Assembly: GCA_051313645.2 (NCBI GenBank)
Contig: JBNRSN020000018.1
Span: 37,758,001-37,822,000, forward strand
DNA length: 64,000 nucleotides
Reading direction: 5' to 3'
DNA from: Centroscyllium fabricii
Taxonomy: Eukaryota
Shown: positions 37,270 to 50,770 of the stretch, one piece after another
How the letters are laid out: every line of letters starts with the position of its first letter
Position numbering within the stretch: the stretch's first letter is position 1
The notes under the pieces: generated by a model
The model's input: the letters and a program-made list of their open reading frames with translations, nothing else
What the model was told of the DNA's origin: nothing
Database searches by the model: none
Program-made: the position numbers and the translations under genes

Positions 37270-38440
37270 TCATTTAAAAAAATTTGTTCCTGGAATGTGG
37301 GCGTCGATGGCAAGGCCAGCATTTATTGTCCGTCCCTAGTTGCCCTTGAGGCGGTGGTGGTGAGCCGCCGCCTTGAACCACTGTAGTCCGTGTGGTAAAG
37401 GTGTTCCCACAGTGCTGTTAGGGAGGGAGTTCCAGAATTTTGACCCAGCGGTGATGAAGGAACGTCAATATATTTCGAAGTCAAATGGTGTGATTTGGAG
37501 AGGAGCTTTGAGGTGGTGGTGTTCCCTTGCGCCTGCTGCCCTTGTCCTTCTAGGTGGTAGAGGTCCCGTGTTTGGGAGGTGATGCCGAAGAAGCCTTGGC
37601 GAGTTGCTGCAGTGCATTTTGTAGAAGGGGTACACTGCAGCCACGGAACGCCGGTGGTGGAGGGAGTGAATGTTTAAGGCGGTGGATGGGGTGCCAATCA
37701 AGTGAGCTGCTTTGTCCTGGATGGTGTCGAGCTTCTTGAGTGTTGTTGGAGCTGCACTCATCCAGGCAAGTGGAGAGTATTCCATCACACTCCTGACTTG
37801 TGCCATGTTGATGGTGGAAAGGCTTTGGGGAGTCAGGAGGTGAGACACTCTCCGCAGAATATCCAGCCTCTGACCTGCTCTTGTTTCCACAGTATTTATG
37901 TGGCTGTCCAGTTAAGTTTCTGGTCAACGGTGACGCCCAGGATGTTGATGGTGGGGGATTCGGTGATGGTAATGCCATTGAATGTCATGGGGTGGTGATT
38001 AGACACTCACATGCTGGAGATAGTCATTGTCTGGCACTTGTGTGGCGCGAATGTTACTTGCCATTTATCAGCCTGTCGTCCAGGTCTTGCTGCATATGGG
38101 CATGGACTGCTTCATTATCTGAGGAGTTGCGAATGGCACTGAACACTGCAGTCATCAGTGAATATCCCCACTTCTGACCTTATGATGGAGGAAAGGTCAT
38201 TGATCAGCTGAAGATGGTTGGACCGAGGACATGCCCTGAGGAACTCCTGCAGTGATGTTATGGGGCTGTGATGATTGACCTTCAAATACCACAACCATCT
38301 TCCTTTGTGCTAGGTATGACTCCAGCCAGTGGAGAGTTTTCCCCCCTGATTCCCACTGACTTCAGTTTTACTAGGACTCCTTGATGCCACACTCGGTCAA
38401 ATGCTGCCTTGATATCAAGGGCAGTCACACTCACCTCCCC
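37270..38440 (-). mobile_element. LINE family 2 fragment nested in an L2 remnant
   Basis: Minus ORF RAGQRLDILRRVSHLLTPQSLSTI...QVRSVMEYSPLAW. Confidence 0.85.
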
Positions 38441-38859
38441 CCATAATCATAATTCGACACCGAGCCACATATGGAGATATTGGGACAGGTTACCAGAAGG
38501 TTGGTCAAAGAGGTAGATTTTAAGGAACGTCTTGAAAGAGGATAGAGAGGCGGAGAGGTTTATGGAGGGAATTCCAGTGCTTAGGGCCTAGGCAGCTGAA
38601 CACATGGTGGAATGATTAAAATCGGAGATGTGCAAGAGGCCAGAATTGGAGACGCGCAGAGATCTCGGTGGCTTGTAATGTTGGAGAAGGTTACAGAGAT
38701 AGGAAGCGGGCGATTCCATGAGGAATTTCAAAACATGGATGAGAATTTTAAAGTTGCGGCGTTGCTGGACCGGGAGCCAGTGTAGGTCAGCGAATACGGA
38801 TGGTGGGTGAACAGGACAGCAGTTTGTATTGCAAGTGCAGCTTTACATCACTTCAAGCA

Positions 38860-40270
38860 ACAGCAACAACTACTTTCATTTATATAACCCTTTCAATGTA
38901 GAAAAACAGCCTAAGGTGGTTCAGAGGTTTAAAAAAAAATTGGTGCTGAGACAAAGCTGGAAATATTAGGAGGGGTAGCTGAAAGCTTGGCCTGGGAGGT
39001 GGATTTTAGAGAGTCTTAATGGAGGCGAGTGAGATGGAGAAGGAAAGAGGTTTAGCAAGGAAATTCCAGAATACATGGCCACCAGTGGTGGGATGAAGGG
39101 AGAATGTACAAGAGGCTAGAGTTGGAGGAAGTGAAGGCTCGTTGCACAAGGCGTAGAATTTTAAATGTGAGGTGTTGGGTACCAGGAGCCAATGCAAATC
39201 AGCAAAGATGGGGCTGATGGGTGAGCGAGGCTTGGTGCAGAAGAGGACACGCAGCAGAATTTTGGATGTGTTGAAGTTTACAGATGGTGGAGAGTGGAAG
39301 GCTGGCCACGAGAGCATTGGAATGGTTGAGTGTGGAGGTGGCAAAGACTTAGATGAGAGTTTAAACAACCAATAGGCTGAAGTAGGGTTGGAGGCAGTTG
39401 GTATTGCAGAGGTGGAAGTAGGCAGTCTTTGTGGTTGAGAAGATGTAGGATCAGTAGCACAGTTTAGAGTCAAATACAACATGGAGTTTGTGAACAAAGT
39501 GGTTCAACTTGAGATGGTGGCTGGGGAGGGGGATATAATTGGTGACAACGGAATGGAGTTTATGGTGAGGGGATGAAGACTATGGCTTTTGTCTTCGCAG
39601 TGTTTAACTGGAGGAAATTATAGCCCATCCAAGATTGGATGTTGAACAAGCAGTCTGACAGTAAAGATGGGCTAGCGAGAGATAAAGTTGGTGGAGAGCA
39701 AGAAATTGAAGTCGTAGGTGTACATGTGGAAGCTGATCCTATATCTGTGGCTGATGTTGTCGAGGCAACATGCAGATGAGGGGGGGGGGTAAAAGTTCAG
39801 GGGACTCCGGAGGTAATGGTACAGGAAGAGAAGCCGGTGCTGGAGATGCTCTGGTAACCAGCGGATAGGTAAGAGTGGAACCAAATGAGGGCAGTCCCAC
39901 TGAACTAGACAACGCACGAGATATGTTGGAAGACTATGGCGTTGTCGACTGTGTCAAACGCTGCAGAGTGGCTGAGGGAGGATAATGCACCATGGTCACA
40001 GAGATGCTATTTGTTACTTTGGTTGAGGCTGTTTTGATGCCGTGTGCGATGGGTGGCAACCTGATTGGAGAGATTCAAACAGGTAGTTGTAGGAAAGATG
40101 GGCACGAAATTTGGAGGTGCCAACATATTAAAGGACGTTGGAAAGGAAAGGGCGATTCCAGATGGAACGGTAGTTTGCAAGGAAAGAGGGATCTTGGGTG
40201 GGTTTATTGATGAGGTGGAGGAGGATAATGATTTTGAAAGATAACGAGACAATTTAGTAATCCATGAGCC
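38860..40270 (-). mobile_element. Degraded L2 LINE
   Basis: L2-type tail (caacaactactttcatttatataaccc) and decayed RT C-terminal similarity (SPISPIFADLHWL). Confidence 0.6.
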
Positions 40271-40793
40271 CATTTGTGTTTTTGCAGGGTACTGAGTTCA
40301 AAACATGCTGATGTTAGTTAATACCCCTTCTTCTCCCCACCCCACCAAAATAAAAACTTGATTACACCTTTATGCGTACATACTTTTGTTTTAAATTCCA
40401 TGTCATTATTTACAATCCTTCCATGTCTTCGCCCCACGTCTGCCACACTGTCTTAACTTGCGACTTCTCTCCTCCTCAAAATTCATCTCTTTGACCAAGA
40501 CGTCATTTACCTTTCAACTCTCCTGCAAAAGCTTGACAATCATTCCTTTCTTCTGTCATAAAACACCATGAGGTGTTTTTCTACATTACTTGCACTGTAT
40601 AAGTGAAAATTGTTACTGGTCTGTTCTCCTTATGATTTCCAAAAAGATCCATTTTTGATCAATTTAATCAGCAAGGTGCACATTTTATTTGCAGTGGTTG
40701 GTTTATAGGTCTGGTCATTTTGCTCCTTGAAGAGTGCATACATTATTCTTGGAACGTCGTATTATTAAGTTTGTAATACAGAGCCGGCAAGTA

Positions 40794-41446
40794 CAGGTAC
40801 ACAATAATTTATCCGAAAACCTTGGGCCCGGATGGTTCTCGGATTTTGGATAATTTCGGTTTTTGGAATGGGAACAATTAACTTGCGTTTTTCTGCAGCG
40901 AATCTTGTAAATACAGGTTGTAATGGCCACCGTGATTGATGCTTGGTGGAGCTTGCCTGTCCAGGATCAGGTGGTGTGTGAGCTGGGCTGTGATTGGTGG
41001 AGCTTGCTTGTCTAGGATCAGGTGGTGTGTGAGCTGGGCTGTGATTGGTGGAGCTTGCCTGTCTAGGGTCAGGTGGTGTGTGAGCGAGGCTGTGATTGGT
41101 GGAGCTTGCCTGTCTAGGGTCAGGTGGTGTGTGAGCTGGGCTGTGATTGGTGGCGCTTGCCTGTCTCGGGTCAGGTGGTGTGTGAGCCCCGGGGGCTGTG
41201 ATTGGCTGCAGCCACTGAGTTTAAACTTCCGGCGGCCATTTTGAATAATCAGTCAGTCGGCATTCACAAAAGTGCGATAAAGAACGACTTTCAGCAGTTT
41301 ATAAATGCCCCAATAAAGTTTATTTGTAAGGGAAACATTCAATAAAGTGCGTCTGGTCATTTTTCGTGCGCAACTTGGGTAATTTGAAATTTCAGTTTTC
41401 GGAGCTTTTCGGTTTTTGGACGTGCGGATAAGGGATTGTGTACCTG
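40794..41446. mobile_element. Family B MITE with CCAAT tandem insert
   Basis: TA-CAGGTACACAATAATTTATCCG ... CGGATAAGGGATTGTGTACCTG-TA; extra 40914-41261 relative to 6608-6944. Confidence 0.9.
40944..41187. repeat. 51-bp minisatellite, ~5 copies
   Basis: Unit ctgtgattggtggagcttgcctgtctagggtcaggtggtgtgtgagctggg. Confidence 0.95.
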
Positions 41447-41803
41447 TACTTATTTCTTGTAAGAAAACAACAATAAATAAAACCCTGAGTTCTGCATTAT
41501 TCATTTAAGTTAGAATTTAGCACTTAAAGTGACTGAGCGTAAAGGTTGGGGTGGTGGTAGTTGCGGAGTTCATTCGTACAGTAGTGTTTTAAATTCCATG
41601 CCCACAATTCATTGTTTGCTGGAGTTGGGCAGCAGTACTTCAGTCTGCGGCCCAGTAATTACTGTTGAATTTATATTTTCATGTCTTTTCTCCCCACATC
41701 TTCTGAGTTGACTCCTTGCTAAGTTATGGTTCACTACCTGTCGCTCCCTGGTACCTTGTTCCGATGCAAGCCTAGATGGCGAGTAGCAGGGCTGGGAATA
41801 GTA

Positions 41804-42184
41804 CAGGAAACTCTTGATTTACCGGCATCTAAATAACCGGAAATCTCTGTTAACCGGCAAAATTCAGGAGTAGGTTCAGGTAAGTTTTACTTCATATTAG
41901 TGGCCGTTCCTGCATGTGTGGCTGTGTAACCGGGGTTCTTGCACCTGTTGCTAAGCAACAGGGAAGCCTGGATTTGTGGCCGTGATTCTTGCACCTGTTG
42001 CTAAGCAACAGGGAAGCCTGGATTTGTGGCCGTGATTCTTGCACCTGTTGCTAAGCAACAGAGAAGCCTGGATTTGTTGCCATGTACGGGGGCTCTCGTA
42101 CCTTTTACTATACCTCTCTGTAGTCCGGACCTTTTGATAAACCTGCACCACGTCGGTGCCGGATTTAAAAAAAAGAGTTTCCTG
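41804..42184. mobile_element. Family C MITE with 50-bp tandem array
   Basis: TA-CAGGAAACTCTT ... AAGAGTTTCCTG-TA; reverse orientation of 25562-25828; 50-bp unit x~2.8 at 41941-42080. Confidence 0.9.
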
Positions 42185-43137
42185 TATATTTTTCTGTCCA
42201 TTGGTATCCACACGTATACACGTGCGCGCAGACGCATGCTTCGAGCAGCAGTTGTTTAAATTGTGATCAGGAACAGCAACCCTTGCTAATTATGACACTC
42301 GTGCCATTTTACTGGCAGAGATCAGCTAACTCAGCACAAGACTGGGGTTCAAATCTGAGAGATTATTTTTGTATTTATGCCTCGGCTACTTCTCTGCCTT
42401 AACCAGCCAAATCATTGGGGAGCCAGTTTCACATAGTTTAAGTTGAAAAATGTATTTACGGCATTCTGACTGTTCATCTCGGCAGAAGAGAAAAACATTC
42501 CAGCAATTCAGGAAAATGAATAAAATTGTCAGCGTGTGTGTAAGTCTTTGTCACTTTTTTTTTGCCAGAAAACAGTCAATAAAAAAGGTAATGCAGAGCT
42601 GAAAAGCCTGTGGAGTTGAAAAGCTAGCAGATTCTCCAACAGAGCTGGGTTTTAAATCTAACTGATGACTAGTCAAATCAAACCATTCAGACTTGACCCA
42701 ATTTCTAAATTGAGGAATCAATCACTGGTCTGTGAGGAAGGCTGGTGATACTTTTTTTTAAATTTCATTTATATTTTTGGGTGAATTTCTGTGTTCAGAC
42801 AAATGACAGTGCTGGAATATATAACATTTTCAATATTTGTCCCCTGTGTCGGTATCTCGTTTGGTTGGGCTGACGATGAGCATCGGTTAGATGCTGAGTG
42901 GAGCTCCTCTGTGCTCATCTGACCCCGGAGCAGCCTCTCCCTGCTGCACACTGTGACGTTGATTTTACTCATCATCCGCCCCTGTAGCCTGAGTGAAATT
43001 TGGCACCAAATTTGCATATTTTTCTCTGTTGTCTGAGCTTTGTGCTGCAGGTAGGTGCCTGCTTGGAATTGGATTGTTGTAAACAAACAGACTTCATTTG
43101 TGCCACTCTGCTGAGGAATATTTGGCGGCAAAATTTT

Positions 43138-43799
43138 GGGGAGAAAATTCAGTTGCTTTGTTCCTCCAGTTAGCGCCCGGGCGCGACACAGCCAACGCCT
43201 CCCGTGAAATTCAGCGGGAGGTTAACGGCGGTGGTAATCGGTACCGCGGCGTTGCGCCGCCGGCAATGACGTTATCGCCGTGCACAGCGTCCCACTCATG
43301 CCCCAGCCGCCATCTTCAGGAGCACCCCCCTGACTTACTGCCATATGCTATGTCCAATGGGGTCAGGGGGACCGACCTGCGGCCGGGGAGGCGCTTTTTA
43401 AAGGCACGGTGCAGGGCGGCCATTTTTGTTGCTGGCCGCCTGCCAACACCTGCCTCCGCCCCCAGCCTCCTTACCCGCCCTCCCGCGGAGTGCCGGCTGC
43501 ATTCCATGAGCCTGGCACTTCTCTGCCGGGCTCTCTCGCTGGCACTCCCGATCACCGGTGGCCCACCTGGGTCCCGGGTCGCGCTGCGCAAGGCCCCTCC
43601 CCTTTAAGGTGGTGAGGAAGGCCTGCAGTACTGCGGCACGTAGCGCCATGATATTCCCTCGCAGCGCCCCAAGGGGGAGGTGGGGCACTCCAGTAGCGCC
43701 CCACTTCTCTCTCGGGGCGCTACCACTCAACTTTTGTCGCGGGGGCGCTGATTTTTCTAGGGTGCTAAAAGGCGAAGTCAGCTACTCAATTTTTATCCA
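43138..43799. mobile_element. GC-rich non-autonomous DNA element (Harbinger-like)
   Basis: Imperfect TIR ggggagaaaattcagttgc / gctactcaatttttatcc bounding a CpG-rich block in AT-rich DNA. Confidence 0.55.
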
Positions 43800-44791
43800 T
43801 TGAACTCTTGTACCTGGAAGTGAAAGTCCTTGGGATTGTGATTTAAAGGTGATTGTGTTGCACATCATGATTGAAGAAGACCTGACCAACTTTTTTTTAT
43901 AATAGAAACTATCATTTACTTATACTTGATCTACACTATTTATTGAAAAATAAAAGCTACACCTTTGAGGTGTGATGATGCAGGCCCATGCTCTTAAGTT
44001 ATCTCACTGTGGGTGGCTGACCAGAATCGCTGCTCCTATTTTGGAAGGGAGAACAACAGGAGTGAGGAGCATCCTTATAACGCCAGCTGGTGCAAATAGT
44101 TTGACCTCTTGCCTTCAGAACTGCATGGCCTGGCAATACACATTTGCTGGGCGTAGAAGAAGAATTTGATTTTTTTTAACATAAATAGTTAATATTGCAC
44201 CTGTTGTGCAAGGTGGATGGTAGTGTTAAGCTTGCCATGCATAGCACTGACGTATGGTTGTTAAATGCAGTGCAGTTGCCATGTCACTGCTAACATACCA
44301 ATGAGTCTATAACACTGCTTACTATAATGCTTTCTTTTGTGCCATTTTCCCCATTTGATAACCACTGATAGCTGCTAAATTAGTGGCGGTTCTGTTGTAT
44401 TCGACTCTTAATAGACCCATCATTGTATGCTTCTTGCATAATTTACCAAGAACAAGTGTTCGAGAAAGTTCCTTTTAAAAGGTTCTCTAAAAAGCTTGCA
44501 TTAGCAGCTCATGATTTTGAGGATTGGTGTCCCGTCTAAGCATCATACAATCTAGTTGTTTTTTGCTGTGTTCGTATTCTCAATCAGCTTGACTGTCAGT
44601 TGTTCAATTGGACCAATATTTTAAAAGGATGGCAAGGCTGAACGAGTTCCTGGGAAGACACGTCTTCCTCATAATGGTAATTGAAACTCGATTATTGATT
44701 TACCTTAAAACAGAGAAATGTCTGTGTTATAGCTCCATATTTAGTTTTAAAGTTATTGATGTAATCCTCCTGGATTTTTGGATTCACGCCA

Positions 44792-45735
44792 GAGTTATCG
44801 GGGAACATAGGGTCTAATGAAAGGAAGGAACTGAAAGAAATCAGTATTTGTAGGGAAATGGTGGATGCATTGCTGGTCATCTTCCAAAATTCTATAGACT
44901 CTGGAACAGTACCCATGGATTGGAGGGTAGCTAATGTTACCCCACTATTCAAAAAAGGCGGTAGAGAGAAAACGGGGAATTACAGACTGATAAGCCTGAC
45001 ATCGGTAGTGGGGAAAATGCTAGAGTCCATTATAAAAGATGTAATCGCAGAGCACTTGGAAAACAGTGACAGGATTGGACAAAGGGTAAATCATGCTTGA
45101 CTAATCTACTGGAATGTTTTGAGAATGTAACTGGTAAAATAGATAAGGGAGAACCAGTGGACGTGGTGTACTGCGACTTTCAAAAGGCGTTCAATGAGGT
45201 CCCGCATGAGAGATTAGCGTGTAAAGTTAAGGCACATGGGATTGGGCGCAAGGCATTGACTTGGATAGAGAACTGGTTGGCAGACAGAAAGCAAAGAATT
45301 GGAATAAACTGATCTTTTTCCGAGTGGCAGGCAGTGACTAGTGGGATACCGCAGGGATCGGTCCTTGGACCCCAGCTATTCACAATATATATTAATGATC
45401 TAGACGAGGGAACTAGATGTAATATCTCCACGTTTGCAGATGATACAAAGCTGGGTGGGCGTGTGTGCTGTGAGGAGGATGCGGAGAAACTCCAGTATGA
45501 TTTGGACAGGTTGGGTGATTGGAGCAGAAGCATGACAGATGAAATATAACGTGGATAAATGCAAGGTTATCCACTTTGGTGTCAAAAACAGAAAGGCAGA
45601 TTATTATCTGAATGGCAATAGATTGGGAGAAGGGGAAGTGCAACGAGACCTGAGCGTCCTTGTACACCAGTCACTGAAGGTAAGCATGCAGGTGCAGCAG
45701 GTGGTTAAGAAGGCAAATGGTACGTTGGCCTTTCA
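44792..45735 (+). mobile_element. CR1 RT fragment
   Basis: DWRVANVTPLFKKG, DFQKAF, GIPQGSVLGP, FADDTK. Confidence 0.9.
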
Positions 45736-46474
45736 CTGTCTAGCTCCCTCTTTTCCTCAACCCCCCTCAAAATAAAAATAGTCATCTCCCATTTGGATTT
45801 GGACATCACTTTTCTAAATCTCCCCTCATTACTCCGTAGTGATTCTGTTGCAAAATACATATCTAACATCTCGTCACTTGTGCTGGTGTTCTGTGCAGAG
45901 TCTGCCAGCACAGATCCAGCGGATGAACAAGATGCGCAGTAAAATGTCCTTGTCCATTCATGTCTGTAGTACACAACTTTGTGCGTATCTGTTACTATTC
46001 TATACAGCAGGTGCATGGGAATAACATCACCTCCAAGTTCCCTTTCAACTCACACACTTGGAAATATATCGGCGTTCCTTCATCGTCGCTGAGCTGATAC
46101 CTTGGAACGCCCTACCTAACAGCATTGTGGGAGTACCTCCACCACACTGACTGCAGCGGTTCAAGAAGGCGGCTCACCATTACTATTTCAAGGGCAACTA
46201 GGGATGGGCAATAAATGCTGGCCTTGCTAGCAATGCCCATGTCCCCCCCCAAAAACCTCTTTGGCTCTGCATGTACTGTATACATGTTTTGTTTCCCAAT
46301 TCTGACGAGCACGTGTAACCCAAATAAGTTGTAAGCCCACCATACTGTCGGGCTCGAAGAGAGAGCAGAGCATGCTGTGTTAAATCCAGTATTTGCTTGA
46401 CTACTATTTCTAAGTAGTGTACAAAGGACAATGTCTCCAGGATAGACTGCCTGTGTCTCCTATAAAAATAACAC

Positions 46475-49400
46475 ACATAGACATAGAAACATAGAAGATA
46501 GGAGCAGGAGTCGGCCATACGGCCCCTTCAGCCTGCTCCGCCATTCAATGAGATCATGGCTGATCATCCAAATTCAGTACCCTGTCCCTGCCTTCTCCCT
46601 ATATCCCTTGATCCCGTTAGCCTGAAGAAATATATCTAACTCCTTCTTGAATATATTTAATGAATTGGCCTCTATGGCCTTCTGTGGTAGAGAATTGCAC
46701 AGGTTCACCACTCTCTGGGTGAAGAAATTCCTCCTCATCTCAGTCCTAAATGGCTTACCCCTTATCCTTAGACTGTGACCCCTGGTTCTGGACTCCCCGG
46801 CCATCGGGAGCATCCTTCCTGCATCTAGTCTGTCCAGTCCTGTTAGAATTTTATAAGTTTCAATGAGATCCCCTCTTAATCTTTTAAACTCCAGTGAATA
46901 TAAGCCCAATCGACCCAATCTCTCCTATTCTACCAGTTACATCATCAAAAGATTCCAGTAGATTAGTCAAGCACGATTTACCTTTTGTAAATCCATGTTG
47001 ACTTTGTCTGATCCTGTCACTGTTTTTCAAGTGTTCAGCTATTACATCTTTTATAATGGACTCTAGCATTTTCCCCACTACTGATGTCAGGTTTACCGGC
47101 CTAGAATTCCCTGTTTTCTCTCTACCACCTCTTCTGAATAGTGGGGTAACATTAGCTACCCTCCAATCCATGGGAATTGTTCCAGAATCTAGAATTTTGG
47201 AAGATGACCGGCAATGCATCTACTATTTCTAGGGCCACTTCCTTAAGTACCCTAGGATGTAGATTATCAGGCCCTGGGGATTTATCGGCGGCACAGCGGT
47301 TAGCACTGTTGTCTCACAGCACTGGCGACTCGGGTTCAAATCCAGCCTCGGTACTATCTGTGTGGAGTTTGCACATTCTCCCCGTGTCTGCGTGGGTTTC
47401 CTCCGGGTGCTCCGGTTTCCTCCCACAGTCCAAAGATGTGCGGGTTAGGTTGATTGGCCATGATAAATTGACCCTTAGTGTTAGGGGGATTGAATATGTG
47501 GGGTTACGGGGATAGGGTGGGATATGTGTCAGTGCAGGCTCGATAGGGATTGAGCCACATGGGGACAAGGCAGGGACGGGGTACTGGGTTTGGATGATCA
47601 GCCATGATCTCATTGAATGGCGGAGCAGGCTCGAAGGGCCGAATGGCCTACTCCAGCTTCTATGTTTCTATGTTTCAATCCCATCAATCTACCGAACACC
47701 ATTTCCCTACAAATACTGATTTCATTCTGTTCCTCCCTCTCGTTAGACCCTATTTTCCCCGACATCTTTGGGAGGTTATTTGTGTCCTCCTTTGTGAAGA
47801 CAGAATCAAAGTATGTACTTAATTGGTCTGCCATTTCTTTGTTCTCCATTATAAATTCCCCATATTCTGACTGCAAGGGGCCTATGCTTGACTTCACCAA
47901 TTTTTTTCTCTTCACATATCTATAGAAACTTTTACAGTCAGTTTTTATGTTCCTGCAAGTTTCCTCTCATACTCTATTTCGCCCCTCTTAATTAATCCCT
48001 TTGTCCTCCTTAGTTGAATCTTAAACTGCTCCCAATCCTCCAGTTTGCAGCTTTTTCTGGCCAATTTATATGTCCTCTCCTTGGATCTTATGCTATCCCT
48101 AATTTCCCTTGTTAGCCACGGTTGAGTCACCACCTTTGTTTTATTTTTATGCCAAACTGGGATGAACAAATTCTGTAGTTCATCCATGTGATCTTTAAAT
48201 GTTTGCCATTGCCTAGCCACCGTCAATCCTTTAAGTAACCTTCCCCAATGCATCCTACCCAACTCGCGCCTCAAACCATCATAGTTTCCTTTTAAATTCA
48301 GGACCCTAGTCTCTGAGTCAACTCCTTCACTCCCCACCTTAATGAAGAATTCATCATATTATGATTGCTCCTCCCCAAGGGGCCTCGCACACCAAGATTG
48401 CTAATTATTCCTTTCTCATTACATAATACCCAGTCCAAGATGGCCTGATCTTTAGTTGGTTCCTCGACATATTGGTCCAGGAAACCATCCCGTATACACT
48501 CCAGGAATTCCTCCTCCACAGTACTGTTACTAATTTGGTGAGCCCAATCTATATGTAGATTAAAGTCACCCATGATAACTGCTGTGCCAATATTGCATGT
48601 GTCTCTAATTTCCCATTTAATGCCATCCCCAACCTCCGCATTACTGTTTGGGGGTCTGTGTACCACTCCCACTAATGTTTTATACCCCTTGGTATTTCTC
48701 AGCTCTACCCATACAGATTCCACATCATCAGAGCTAATATCCTTCCTTACTATTGTTAATCTCCCTTTTAACTAGCAATGCTATCCCACCTCCTTTTCCT
48801 TTTTGCCTGTCTTTCCTGAATATTGAATACCCCTGGATGTTGAATTTCCAGCCTTGGTCAGTCTGGAGCCGTGTCTCCGTAATCCCAATTATATCATATC
48901 CGTTTACATCTATTTGCGCAGCTAATTCATCCACCTTCTTATGAATGCTCCTCGCATTAAGACACAAAGCCTTCAGGCTTGTTTTTTTAACACTCTTAGA
49001 CTTTTTAGAATTATTATTTACTGTGGCCATGTTTGATTTTAAACCCTTGATATATCTGACTGCCACTTTTGCTTTTCTCCTTCCTGTCTTGCTTCTATCC
49101 TTACTTCCCTTTCATCTGTCTTCCTGCACAGGTTCCCAACCCCCTGCCATTTTAGTTGAAACCCTGCCCAACAGCACTAGCAAACACTCCCCCAGGACAT
49201 CGGTCCCGGTCCTGCCCAGGTGCAAACTGTCCAGTTTGTACCGGTCCCACCTCCCCCAGAGCCGGTTCCAATGTCCCAGGAATTTGAATCCCTCCCCCTT
49301 ACACCATTCCTCTAGCCACGTTTTCATCTGAAATATCCGTATATTTCTACTGACTAGCACGTGGCACTGGTAGCAAACCTGAGATCACTACCTTTTGAAT

Positions 49401-49610
49401 TCCGATTTTTTAATTTACCTCCTAACTCCCTGTATTTGCTTTTAGGACCTCATCTCTGTTTTTACCTATATCATTGGTACCTATGTGCACCGCAACAACT
49501 GGCTGTTCCCCCCTCTCCCTCCAGAATGCCCTGCAGTCGCTCCAAGACATCCTTGACCCTTGCACCAGGGAGACAACATACCATCCTGGGGTCTCGTTTG
49601 CGGCCGCATA
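46475..49610 (-). mobile_element. CR1 with ORF1 esterase, APE and deleted RT
   Basis: ORF1 SGNH-like VHIGTNDIGK and WLEEWC..EGF; ORF2 CLNARSI, GDFNLHIDW, RRNFFTQRVV; (ctatgttt)n-type tail. Confidence 0.9.
47287..47675 (+). mobile_element. HE1-like V-SINE nested in CR1
   Basis: Matches 9992-10401. Confidence 0.9.
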
Positions 49611-50770
49611 AGTGAAAGATGCAGCTTTATTAAGAGGCCCCACTTTGATAATTTTCTAGCTTGGATCCCTAATTTATGATTCTCATCTCCCTGCATAAAA
49701 GTGTAATTTATTGTGGTTCATGTTTACACTACAGTGATGTGCTTCCTCTGGATGCTGCAAGTCTTGTTCCAGAAATACGTAGGTCACATAAATCCATTTA
49801 GGATTCATGCTATCCAATGGATTTTTTTCTATGCTTGCTGTCTGATTGAAGGGCGGGCATTGCCACCTCATGTATTGTACAATTTACTAGGTGGGAATAC
49901 TCGTTTCATTTGCCAGGGTAAGCAGCAGCCTTCATTGTTTCATTGCTGAAGTGTGTCACACAGAATGTTTTCTCAATATACTGTGTGATAAAAAGCAATT
50001 GAAAGGTAGGGGAGGAGGAGTTGGAGCTTAGTGATTATTAGTATTTGCTGGAGTGCAAGATTTCCTGGGCAGAGTATGCGGCATGAGTAGGAATTTAAGT
50101 GTACATGTAAGCACCTCAATGAGATGATAATCCTTTAAACTGTTAACGCATGTAGTGAAAGGAAATGATTCTTCTCCCAGGTGGTCTGGGCCTTCAGTAG
50201 TCATGTGTAGTTATTTATATATTTATTTTGCATTTCCTTGCTCATACCTTGGTGATGTTTTAAAAAACTTGGTACAACTCTGCACGGGCACATGGAACAG
50301 AGCCTGCATGGGTAAGGTGTCAAACCACTACTGTAGACCATGAAGGTTAATTGCATCTCTGCTTGCTTCACTTCATACAGCAAATTCTACACTGACGTGA
50401 GAGGCTTGCAGTTTGTAATGGAGTACACCAGGTTTGTGTCGCAAACAATTAAGAGACTGTTTCATTTTATTTTGAATGCTGCCTAATCAGTTTGACGAAT
50501 CTGCCGTAATTTTTTTTTGATGCAGCTGCTTCTGTTCCAGACCTTTTTGATACTTGAGGTTGTAGCTCTCTTTCTCTGAATTACCATTTTATTCATCACT
50601 TGTAGCCTATATGGATTGGACTTGCTGACTATTTCAAGGGTGCAGCTAGTAATTCTCCTCCTCTTCTCCCTCCACCGCTCCTCCATACTAAGGCTGCCAG
50701 GGTTACTGACTGCTCTCTGGTACCTTGTCCAAGTGGCACTTCTTAATGATTATTACGTGCGTGCAAGCTA

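Noticed and set aside
40936-41244. CRISPR array or repeat protein (AVIGGACLSR..)
   Set aside because: Head-to-tail 51-bp units without unique spacers, in a eukaryotic context inside a MITE. The ORF is a by-product of a unit length divisible by 3.
43098-43803. CpG-island gene promoter or overlapping ORFs
   Set aside because: The GC-rich block is bounded by imperfect TIRs and is better explained as a non-autonomous DNA transposon.
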